A stretch of 42,652 nt of DNA, taken from the IMG/VR virus record IMGVR_UViG_3300042465_002503, positions 1 to 42,652 of that record. One strand, 5' to 3'. Both the position numbers and the translations under genes were made by a program. Of the stretch, positions 15,525-23,346 are shown in pieces. This stretch comes from a virus. Its lineage: Duplodnaviria; Caudoviricetes. The notes under the pieces were generated by a model. It was not told the DNA's origin and did not search any database. It saw only the letters and a program-made list of their open reading frames with translations. Position 1 is the stretch's first letter, and every line of letters starts with the position of its first letter.

Positions 15525-17726
15525 ATGGCGGATATAGCCCCAAAGTTAATTTCTTTAAGCGCTGAGAAACTACTCGCGCTTCATGAGCGTATCCACAAGT
15601 CTCAAGCCTCTCCAGCAACAATTGAAGTCCATCACACAATCCTCAATGAGTTGGCTCGTCGCAAGATGGAGGCACCAAAAGATGATTGGGACGACTTCGA
15701 GATTCTTGTTGATTCAATTAACGATGTAGACCTGACATCCCTTGGCTCATCATTACCAGCCGACATGGTTGCAGAGGTCATTAAATCCAGCGGTAGCAAT
15801 GTTGGCAATGTGCAGACTTTCCTCACCTCCCAAGGTTATGAAATGCGAATTGAACCGATTGAACTAGACCCTATTGAGAAGATGATTCGCGAAGAGGACG
15901 GCGAGTTCACGGTTTATGATTCAACAGGACGACGCAGATTTGGAACTTATCCATCGAAAGAAAAGGCTGAAGAGCGCCTTGCACAAATTGAAAGATTCTC
16001 AAAGGCAGATAACACTCCACCGAAGGCAGTTCGCTCCGCGGCTCGTCGTGCGTTGGATTGGATTGGCGAAGGCAAGGCTGGTGGAGGATTTACTTCAGTT
16101 GGTCGCGCCCGCGCATCGCAGTTGGCATCAGGTGAATCTGTCTCACTAGAAACCCTCAAGCGAATGAAATCTTTTTTCTCACGCCATGAAGTAGATAAGA
16201 ACGCACTTGGATTTAGTCAAGGCGAAAAAGGTTATCCATCTCCAGGTCGAGTGGCTTGGGATGCTTGGGGCGGAGATGCAGGATTCGCATGGGCTGAGTC
16301 CATGGTTGCTCGCGCCGAGAAAGACGAAGAAGTTGCAAAACATAACCAAGGCAAGCATGACCAAAAAACACACGGTTCATGGGCTGATGGCATTGCAGAT
16401 GCAATCAATAATGGCGAGCATCCGATGGTTGAAAAAGAAAATGTTTCTGCATTTTTAATGAGTGCTTCCAAGCGCACAGACCACCCTGATTTGACTGAGT
16501 TAAGCGTTGAAGGAACATTGCTCTATGGCGATGAGGGTATGGGAATTGCCCGTAAAGATATGCCTCAGATTCCTGGCAAGGAACGCGCTCGCTTCTTATC
16601 TGAGATTGAAGCCGAACTGGGTGTTACGGCTGAGAAAGAAAAAGTAGACCCAACAACTTTGAAGCCAATTCAAAAAGAAATCTCTGCTGCTCGTTCAGGT
16701 GCTATCTATAACAAGTTCCGTGAAGATGGCGAGATTCCAAAGAACGAACGCATATTGATTTCCAAAGATGGCTATGTAGTTGATGGACACCACACATGGG
16801 GCGCTGCTGTTGCCTTCGCTTTCGATAATCCTGGAACTGAGTTGCCTGTCTATCGTCTTTCGGTAACAGCAAAAGAAGCGTTAGCCGTCTCATCAAAGTG
16901 GTCAAAAGATAATGGTTTTGAAGGTCAAGCAATTGATGCACCAGCAAAGAAATCACTCCTATGGGAACCTCTTGAAAAGCACGGAGAGCATGACCAACGC
17001 ACTCACGGCTCATGGGCAAATAACATGGTTTCGGATAAAGAACCTGAACAGGGACAGTCAAGAGAAGCAATCGCTCTTGCTCGCGGAGTGAGAGAAAAAG
17101 CAGTTGCGGCTGAACCTGCAATCACAAAATTAGTTCAAGCAGTTGCAGACCAGTCAGGTGCAAAACTTGAAGGCTTATCAGAGCGAATCAAATCAACTGA
17201 TTCTCTTTCAAGAAAAATTGACCAAGATGCAGAGAAGCAATATCAGGGCGATAGAAATAAGGCAGCAGAGGAAATCTCAGATGCTAACCGTTACACAATT
17301 TCTGTTAATGATAATGATTATGCAGATACTTTGAAATCTACAGTTTCAGCGTTTGAGGAAACTGGATGGAAAGTTCGTGTTAAGAATTTTTGGCAAGCGG
17401 GCGACCCGTATGATGGAGTCAATGTAAAGGCAGAGCGCGACGGCATTAAAGTCGAGGTTCAAGTCCACACGCCAAAGTCGTACCAAATTAAGGAAAAGGC
17501 TTTGCATGATGTTTATGAGGTTTACAGAAAGTCCACGGATGACTCTGTGCGCGAGTCCACTTGGAACAAGATGATAGGCATTGCCAAGCGAGTTCCTCGC
17601 CCTTCTAACTACGCAACAGTTCTTGGGGTCGGAACGCTCATCTTGCAACAGTTTGAGACAGCACAACAGGCGGGCTTGATTAAATCAACCCCAGTTGGTA
17701 AACTATCCCATGAGAGGAGGGCTTAA
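15525..17726 (+). CDS. Multi-domain head-associated polyprotein ending in tagged ParB/Srx-like and RelA/SpoT-like domains
   Basis: Two tags; LKPIQ...ILISKDGYVVDGHHTW (ParB/Srx); RIKS..SL.RK...D..RY...YDGVNV...VEVQVHT (RelA/SpoT synthetase). Leaderless start 6 nt after TATCAT. Confidence 0.8.
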   Translation: MADIAPKLISLSAEKLLALHERIHKSQASPATIEVHHTILNELARRKMEAPKDDWDDFEILVDSINDVDLTSLGSSLPADMVAEVIKSSGSNVGNVQTFLTSQGYEMRIEPIELDPIEKMIREEDGEFTVYDSTGRRRFGTYPSKEKAEERLAQIERFSKADNTPPKAVRSAARRALDWIGEGKAGGGFTSVGRARASQLASGESVSLETLKRMKSFFSRHEVDKNALGFSQGEKGYPSPGRVAWDAWGGDAGFAWAESMVARAEKDEEVAKHNQGKHDQKTHGSWADGIADAINNGEHPMVEKENVSAFLMSASKRTDHPDLTELSVEGTLLYGDEGMGIARKDMPQIPGKERARFLSEIEAELGVTAEKEKVDPTTLKPIQKEISAARSGAIYNKFREDGEIPKNERILISKDGYVVDGHHTWGAAVAFAFDNPGTELPVYRLSVTAKEALAVSSKWSKDNGFEGQAIDAPAKKSLLWEPLEKHGEHDQRTHGSWANNMVSDKEPEQGQSREAIALARGVREKAVAAEPAITKLVQAVADQSGAKLEGLSERIKSTDSLSRKIDQDAEKQYQGDRNKAAEEISDANRYTISVNDNDYADTLKSTVSAFEETGWKVRVKNFWQAGDPYDGVNVKAERDGIKVEVQVHTPKSYQIKEKALHDVYEVYRKSTDDSVRESTWNKMIGIAKRVPRPSNYATVLGVGTLILQQFETAQQAGLIKSTPVGKLSHERRA
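17676..17704 (+). promoter_or_regulatory. Internal promoter upstream of the protease gene, with AACCCCAGT in the spacer
   Basis: TTGATT-N17-TAAACT, near-identical layout to the promoter at 3413. Confidence 0.6.
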
Positions 17727-17730
17727 TAAA

Positions 17731-18432
17731 TTGCGATACTTTGTAAATTTTTACCGTAATGAGCCACATACTCTTTGGCACTTTGAGGTACAGCCAAACA
17801 AAATTCTTGAGGAGCGCTGGGATGCGCCTAATTGGACGCCATCTGATGTAATTGCCGAATACCTAGTTCTTGGCGAGGGTAATTTCGAAGAGATAACTCC
17901 TGAGTTGGCTGAAAAGACTTTCCCTGATGCTTTCGAGACAATGGCTAAATCAATCGGGTCCTACGAGGTCTCCAAGGCTGAAGGCGAAAAGAAATACACC
18001 CTTGGAGCCATGTATATCCCTGACAGATTAGATGCCCATAATGAGTGGACAGATGCCGAAGAGTTGCAAAGAGCAGTTTGGGATTATGTCCGAAGCAATG
18101 ACCGCCGTATCCGATTGCAACATAATCGCGACATTGTTGCAGGGGAATGGGTCGAAGTTATGTCATTCCCATACGAACTAACAGTTCCAATTACAACCCC
18201 AAGTGGAATTATGGTCAATCATACTTACCCCGCGAACACAGTATTTCTCGGAGTTATTTGGGAAGAGTGGGCATGGGAGAAGATTCAAAACGGCGAAATC
18301 CTTGGCTATTCAATTGGTGGACGAGCAGAGCGCCTATATGTGGACATGGAAAAAAACAACCCAACTGTTACCGATGTGCATGTTGATACAATTATGAATC
18401 CGAAGAAAAAGAAGCCAAAGGAAACCAAATGA
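17731..18432 (+). CDS. Prohead maturation protease, XkdF-like (peptidase S78_2), with an extra N-terminal domain
   Basis: YTLG.MY.PD..DAH.EW, RLQH (His), W..I..GEI.GYSIGG (Ser). Start is either TTG 17731 (GGAGG RBS) or leaderless ATG 17710. Confidence 0.85.
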   Translation: MRYFVNFYRNEPHTLWHFEVQPNKILEERWDAPNWTPSDVIAEYLVLGEGNFEEITPELAEKTFPDAFETMAKSIGSYEVSKAEGEKKYTLGAMYIPDRLDAHNEWTDAEELQRAVWDYVRSNDRRIRLQHNRDIVAGEWVEVMSFPYELTVPITTPSGIMVNHTYPANTVFLGVIWEEWAWEKIQNGEILGYSIGGRAERLYVDMEKNNPTVTDVHVDTIMNPKKKKPKETK

Positions 18433-18833
18433 AAGACAAAAAGATTCTCAAAGAACTCCGCAATGGTCCTATGAAAAACATGAAGGACGACGAGTACGCC
18501 ATGATTGAAGAAGAAGTCAATCAAAAGGGAATCAAAGGTCTTAAAGGTTACGCAAAATCAATGATTGAAAAGGCTATGCGCGACATGGCTTACTCAATGA
18601 AAAAGGCTATGTCTGTTTCAACAGGTGACATGGTTTCTTGGAATTCATCAGGTGGTATGGCTACAGGCAAGATTGTCCGTATCGTGCGCGAGGGCAAAAT
18701 CAATGTTCCTGACTCAAGTTTTGAGATTGAGGGAACAGAGGATGACCCAGCAGCGCTAATTCAGTTGTACCGCGATGGTAAGCCAACTGATACAAAAGTT
18801 GGACATAAGGTTTCAACACTAAAAAAAGCCTAA
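18429..18833 (+). CDS. Head-region protein with DUF2945/Hva1 Tudor-like domain
   Basis: GDMVSWNSSGG.A.GKI.RI...GT.DDPA..I...T...VGHK.STL.K motif. Confidence 0.75.
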   Translation: MKDKKILKELRNGPMKNMKDDEYAMIEEEVNQKGIKGLKGYAKSMIEKAMRDMAYSMKKAMSVSTGDMVSWNSSGGMATGKIVRIVREGKINVPDSSFEIEGTEDDPAALIQLYRDGKPTDTKVGHKVSTLKKA

Positions 18834-19066
18834 GCCTAGACAAACATCTAGGCACCCTTCACGACCAACAAACTCACGGTGGAAAGTACGACACCGATGA
18901 CTCTGAAGGTGAAGATACTCCTGAACCAAAAAACTTTAGGGGTAAAAAGCCTAAGATTAGTTATGAGGACAGCGATAACGACGGAGAGTTCGACAATAAC
19001 GCCGATGACCCAAGGTGGATGGATGACATGGACATTTTAAGACCACCTGCTAGAAACAAACGATGA
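18821..19066 (+). CDS. -1 frameshift extension of the 18429 gene (tag plus acidic peptide)
   Basis: No start codon upstream of the tag; KKSLSLDKHLGTLHDQQTHGGKYDTDDSEGED...RNKR*; A-AAA-AAA slip site plus a 7-bp hairpin; its stop overlaps the next ATG. Confidence 0.7.
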   Translation, partial: KKSLSLDKHLGTLHDQQTHGGKYDTDDSEGEDTPEPKNFRGKKPKISYEDSDNDGEFDNNADDPRWMDDMDILRPPARNKR

Positions 19067-19326
19067 AATCAATCATCGATAGCACAATTGAGATTCTGAG
19101 TTCAATGAATCTCAAGGCAAACAAGGTCACTACGCCCCCTGGCTATGCAGGAATTCAAATTGATTTACCTAACGACTCCCAAGCCTTTTTTGTATGGAGC
19201 AAAATGGATGATGATGACTTCCATTTTAGGACAGCCCGTTTTTGGGCAAACGACAATCCCTTTTCAATGTGGATTTGTCCAAACTTGCCCGAGGCTCTTG
19301 CTAAAACGAGGGTTTTAATAAACTAA
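19063..19326 (+). CDS. Hypothetical protein
   Basis: 87-aa ORF, ATGA-coupled to the frameshift frame. Confidence 0.7.
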   Translation: MKSIIDSTIEILSSMNLKANKVTTPPGYAGIQIDLPNDSQAFFVWSKMDDDDFHFRTARFWANDNPFSMWICPNLPEALAKTRVLIN

Positions 19327-19429
19327 CAAAAGGGTCAAATTACGCTTGTGGTATTCTTCGTATGTTTAGACCCGATTTAGTTTCTTAGCGCGTTGCTAAG
19401 GGACTATCTCTATTTCGTTAGGAGTCACA

Positions 19430-20257
19430 TTGGCTGGTCGTACTCGCAAGATGGTGAATTTAGCCATCGAGGAAACTAGCGGGGTAGACCATCCCGCTCA
19501 TCTACACGAAGGTTGGCTTGTAATGAAGTCCGCCGAAGAATCTGAAGTTCAGAGGGTTTTAGACGAATCGCTCACCGAGGAGGACTCCAACATGGAGGAT
19601 ACATCTACCACGGCTACTGAAGAGCAGGTTGTAAATCCTACTGAGGAACTAACCATCGCTAAGGCTCGCATCTCTGCACTTGAAGAGGAATTAGCCAAGG
19701 CTTATCAGACTAAAGACAAGAAAATGTCAAAAGAAGATGACGAAGAAATGTCTGAAGAAGATAAGAAAAAGAAGAAGATGGAAGAAGAATCCTCTGAGGA
19801 GATGGACTTTATGAAGTCCGCACCTGAGTCAGTCGTCAAAATGATTGAAAACTTCCGCAAGCAAGCAGAAGAAGCAACCGCAGAACTTAAAAAGGAACGC
19901 GATGCTCATGCTGATGCAGAAGCAGTTGAAAAAGCAAAGGGTTGGGCAAACCTCAATCTCGATGCAGAAAAAGTTGGACCAGCACTACGCCGTCTATCAA
20001 ATGTAGACGCAGACCTAGCAAAGTCAGTTGAAGAACTACTTGCATCTGTTAATGCACAGGCTGAATCAGCAGCAATTTTTGCGGAAATCGGCAAATCCGC
20101 GGACTTCAAATCAGGTAATGCTTATGAGCGTATGACTACGCTTGCTAAGTCTGCCGTTGAAGAGGGTGTAGCAAAGTCATTCGAGCAAGCGCTCGCTGAT
20201 GTTGCAACAAAGAACCCTGACCTTTACAGCCAATACCTATCCGAAAAGGGTGCATAA
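19430..20257 (+). CDS. Capsid scaffolding protein (N-terminus carries a protease-like E-x-S-x-V-D-x-P-A strand)
   Basis: AGGAG RBS with TTG; acidic coiled coil; ends NPDLYSQY; located before the cement and MCP genes. Confidence 0.8.
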   Translation: MAGRTRKMVNLAIEETSGVDHPAHLHEGWLVMKSAEESEVQRVLDESLTEEDSNMEDTSTTATEEQVVNPTEELTIAKARISALEEELAKAYQTKDKKMSKEDDEEMSEEDKKKKKMEEESSEEMDFMKSAPESVVKMIENFRKQAEEATAELKKERDAHADAEAVEKAKGWANLNLDAEKVGPALRRLSNVDADLAKSVEELLASVNAQAESAAIFAEIGKSADFKSGNAYERMTTLAKSAVEEGVAKSFEQALADVATKNPDLYSQYLSEKGA

Positions 20258-20259
20258 CC

Positions 20260-20655
20260 ATGGCATACGAAATCAGTAATTACTCGGTAAAGGTCTCCCT
20301 CGTTGCAGGTGCCGACCTTTCCACAAAGCAGTACACATTCGTCAAGTTGGATTCATCAGGACAAGCAGTAGCAGCAGCAGCCGCAACTGATATTCCAATC
20401 GGCGTACTACAAAATGCTCCAACTTCAGGACAAGAAGCAGAAGTGCTTATTGTCGGTGGAACAAAGATTGTTGCGGGAGCAGCAATTGGCGAAGGCGCAC
20501 TTGTTGGTACATCTTCAGCAGGTAAGGCAGTTGCCTTAGTTGCTGGTACAGATACCACTAAGTATGTTGTTGGAACTCTTCTGACCGAATCTGCGGCAGA
20601 TGGAAACATCGTTACAGCCGTCATCAACTGCGCTAATCCAGGCAGAGCGGCATAA
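20260..20655 (+). CDS. Capsid cement/decoration protein (DUF2190-like)
   Basis: Small Ala/Gly-rich beta protein (IGVLQNAP..G..A.V...G..K..AG.AI..G..V) immediately before the MCP. Confidence 0.75.
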   Translation: MAYEISNYSVKVSLVAGADLSTKQYTFVKLDSSGQAVAAAAATDIPIGVLQNAPTSGQEAEVLIVGGTKIVAGAAIGEGALVGTSSAGKAVALVAGTDTTKYVVGTLLTESAADGNIVTAVINCANPGRAA

Positions 20656-20668
20656 GGGGGAAAAATAA

Positions 20669-21646
20669 ATGCCACAGCCACATATTAACTCCGTCCATGT
20701 TGATGCAATTCTGACTAACATCTCAGTTGCATACCTACAAAATCAGGACAATTTCATTGCAGACAAGGTATTCCCAGTAATTCCTGTGGATAAGAAGTCT
20801 GACAAGTATTTCACTTACACCAAGAACGATTGGTTCCGCGATGAGGCTCAACGCCGTGCGCCTGGAACTGAATCTGCTGGTGGAGGTTACAACCTTTCAA
20901 CAGGTACATATTCAGCAGATGTGTGGGCTTTCCACAAAGATGTTGATGACCAAACAACTGCAAACGCAGATGCTCCTTTGAACCCTCTTCGTGAGGCAAC
21001 AGAGTTCGTTACTCGTCGTCTAATGCTTCGTAAGGAACTTCAGTTTGTTTCTGATTTCTTCACAACAGGTGTATGGGCAGACGATGTAACTGGTGTTGCT
21101 GGTACTCCATCATCAGGTGAGACAAAGCAATGGTCAGATTACACATCTTCAGACCCAATCAATGACCTCGAGGCTGCAAAGTCTGAGATTCTTGGTAACA
21201 CAGGAATGGAAGCCAACACACTTGTTCTTGGCTACGAAACATTCCGTCAGTTGAAGAATCACCCTGACTTGGTAGACCGTATCAAATACACATCTTCACA
21301 GACAATCACAACCGACATGTTGGCAGCAATGTTCGACATTCCTCGCGTTATGGTTGCAAAGGCAGTCAAGGCTACGAACAACGAAGGTGCAACAGAGGCT
21401 TACTCATTTGCTTATGGCAAGGGCGCTCTACTAACACATGTTGCTCCAAACCCAGGACTAATGACTCCTTCTGCTGGATACACATTCTCATGGACTGGCG
21501 TATCAGGCGGACTTGGACAGACAATCGGTACTTCACAGTTCCGTATGGAATCAATCAAGTCAGACCGTATCGAAGCAGAAATGGCTTTCGATAACAAGGT
21601 TATCGCGGCTGACCTTGGTTACTTCTGGTCATCAATCGTCGCTTAA
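20669..21646 (+). CDS. Major capsid protein (lambda gpE-like family)
   Basis: 325 aa; VD..LTNIS.AY.....FIAD.VFP.IPV.K.S.KY, W.D...SDP..D motifs; highly biased codons; followed by a terminator. Confidence 0.92.
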   Translation: MPQPHINSVHVDAILTNISVAYLQNQDNFIADKVFPVIPVDKKSDKYFTYTKNDWFRDEAQRRAPGTESAGGGYNLSTGTYSADVWAFHKDVDDQTTANADAPLNPLREATEFVTRRLMLRKELQFVSDFFTTGVWADDVTGVAGTPSSGETKQWSDYTSSDPINDLEAAKSEILGNTGMEANTLVLGYETFRQLKNHPDLVDRIKYTSSQTITTDMLAAMFDIPRVMVAKAVKATNNEGATEAYSFAYGKGALLTHVAPNPGLMTPSAGYTFSWTGVSGGLGQTIGTSQFRMESIKSDRIEAEMAFDNKVIAADLGYFWSSIVA

Positions 21647-21656
21647 TTAAGTTAAT

Positions 21657-21698
21657 AGAAAGGGGGAGTCTTAATTGGCTCTCCCTTTCTTACTTACT
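21657..21698 (+). terminator. Intrinsic terminator after the MCP
   Basis: AGAAAGGGGGAGTC-ttaatt-GGCTCTCCCTTTCT hairpin with a T-rich tail. Confidence 0.75.
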
Positions 21699-21725
21699 AA
21701 ATCTAATTTTAGAAAAGGAAAATAA

Positions 21726-22205
21726 ATGGCAAATCCATTACGCCTTACCAAAGGTGAAGCAATTGCAGGAAAACTTATTTCAGGTTCAGATATTGACTCT
21801 GTTAGTGCAGTAAATGTTGGTACAGATTTAGAAGTTGCTGATGACGCTTATGTAACTGGTGCGTTCGGTAAGGGCGTAGCAGTAACAAACATCGCAGATG
21901 GCGCTTCAATGACTTTCACAGCAGCAAACTTGCTTTCAGGAATTGTTACAGCAACTCCAACAGCCGCTCGCGACCTACAGGCACCAACGGCTTCAGCACT
22001 TATTACAGCCGTAGATGCTGACACAGAGACAGGTCTTGGCTTTGAGTTCACAGTCATTAACCTTGCATCAGCAACACATGTACTAACTTTGACAGTTAAT
22101 ACTGGAACAACAATTGTCGGTCTAGCAACAGTCCAACCAGCAACAAGTGCAACATTCGTTGCTCGCTTGTCGGCAGCAGACGCAGTTGTAATTTACCGAA
22201 AGTAA
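21726..22205 (+). CDS. Putative virion (head decoration/fibre) protein
   Basis: Ala/Thr-rich beta protein right after the MCP; AAGGA RBS. Confidence 0.65.
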   Translation: MANPLRLTKGEAIAGKLISGSDIDSVSAVNVGTDLEVADDAYVTGAFGKGVAVTNIADGASMTFTAANLLSGIVTATPTAARDLQAPTASALITAVDADTETGLGFEFTVINLASATHVLTLTVNTGTTIVGLATVQPATSATFVARLSAADAVVIYRK

Positions 22206-22207
22206 TT

Positions 22208-22453
22208 ATGAAAGCCACAATTCTGAAGGTAATGGTTTCTGACGGAAAGACTCTTAATCCTGGTGACATCGTTGATGTCTCAGGATGGCGTCATACAAGA
22301 AATCTCGTCTCAGGTCGCTACATCAAGTTAATTGAAGAAGAGGCACCAAAGGCCGCAAAGCCTGTAGCCCTTCCAGTTGATGTTGTAGCCCTTCCTGTTG
22401 ATGAAGAAGTAAAACCTAAAGAAACAAAGAAAAAGGCAAAAGAAGCCGAATAA
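22208..22453 (+). CDS. Small hypothetical virion-associated protein
   Basis: 81 aa; G.....PGD.V motif and a Lys/Glu tail. Confidence 0.7.
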   Translation: MKATILKVMVSDGKTLNPGDIVDVSGWRHTRNLVSGRYIKLIEEEAPKAAKPVALPVDVVALPVDEEVKPKETKKKAKEAE

Positions 22454-22459
22454 GTCGGA

Positions 22460-22500
22460 GGGGGCGATTCGCTACAATGAGTCGTCCCCTATCTTTCTCT
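22460..22500 (+). terminator. Probable terminator hairpin
   Basis: GGGGGCGATTC-N8-GAGTCGTCCCC followed by TATCTTTCTCT. Confidence 0.55.
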
Positions 22501-22511
22501 AAGGAGTTTTA

Positions 22512-22784
22512 ATGGCATTAGCACACGAAAGAGTCTCGATTGGCACAACAGCCACGCTACTCTCTTCACAATATGCAGGAAAAGATGGTCAGAGCATCTC
22601 CGTTCAAAATCCATCGACAACCGTTACTGTTTATCTCGGTGGCGCTGGAGTAACTACAACAAGTTACGGCTATGCCCTTGGGGTAAGTTCAGACATGTCA
22701 ATTGACCTTCAAACTGGAGAAGAACTTTACGGCGTGGTTGCATCAAGCACCTTGACCGTCAATGTCTTGCGCCAAGGCGTTTAA
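22512..22784 (+). CDS. Putative virion structural protein
   Basis: 90 aa, beta-rich; VQN.....VYLG...VT...GY motif; AAGGAG RBS. Confidence 0.7.
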   Translation: MALAHERVSIGTTATLLSSQYAGKDGQSISVQNPSTTVTVYLGGAGVTTTSYGYALGVSSDMSIDLQTGEELYGVVASSTLTVNVLRQGV

Positions 22785-22799
22785 TCAGGAGAATAAATT

Positions 22800-23345
22800 A
22801 TGGCTCTGCCAACAAGTTTATCTACCTGCACGGTTGTTGGAACTTATGTAGATTTGAGCGGTAATCCAGTTCGTGGCTCAATCAATATCACTCCACAAAC
22901 AATTCTAAAAGAAGTCACACAAAATGTAATTATCATGCCAGTTGTAATTCAAAAAACTTTTGATGCAACAGGCTCTTTTACTGTCACTCTTCCAGTAACT
23001 AGCGATACAGATGTAGCACCTCAACCTTTTATTTATACCTTTGAAGAAAATTTCACAGGCGGACGAACAATCGAGTTGGCTCTACCGCTATCAGTAGCCA
23101 ATACAACTCAAAACCTTGCAGACCTGCTCCCAGCCCTCGGCTCGGTTGAAGCGGCTGCGTTTGTCTCGGTAGACGCTTATCAGGCTTTACTAACACGGTA
23201 TAACAGCGCAGAAAGTATTCGAGTTTTGGTCGTCGATGCTGAAGATAGAGTTGATGACGCTAGTTCTTATGCAACCGCCGCTTCAATCGCGGCTGGCGCC
23301 CTATCTAATTACAATTCTAACCAGTTGATGATGATGGGGGTCTAA
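22800..23345 (+). CDS. Putative fibre/adaptor virion protein (paralogue of 23544)
   Basis: TV.G.YV...G....G.I...G.F.VTLP.T.D.D..P.PF.Y..EE.F.GGRT domain. Confidence 0.75.
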   Translation: MALPTSLSTCTVVGTYVDLSGNPVRGSINITPQTILKEVTQNVIIMPVVIQKTFDATGSFTVTLPVTSDTDVAPQPFIYTFEENFTGGRTIELALPLSVANTTQNLADLLPALGSVEAAAFVSVDAYQALLTRYNSAESIRVLVVDAEDRVDDASSYATAASIAAGALSNYNSNQLMMMGV

Positions 23346-23346
23346 A

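Larger units (their letters stand above)
9331..18880 (+). repeat. Dispersed coding repeat KH-x(2-4)-HDQxTHG(-[SN]WA), 10 copies
   Basis: Copies at 9331-9372, 10221-10268, 10692-10739, 11739-11780, 12770-12811, 13512-13553, 14103-14144, 16338-16385, 16977-17018 and 18842-18880. Confidence 0.95.

Noticed and set aside
9283-17726. Inteins or introns as the explanation for the long head-region genes
   Set aside because: No C...HN splice motifs, Hint domains or homing endonuclease signatures seen.
9331-18880. HDQKTHG repeats as a CRISPR array or DNA-level recombination repeat
   Set aside because: Spacing is irregular (about 0.5-2 kb), every copy is in frame, and the variation is largely synonymous, so it is a protein motif. 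No cas or recombinase gene is visible.
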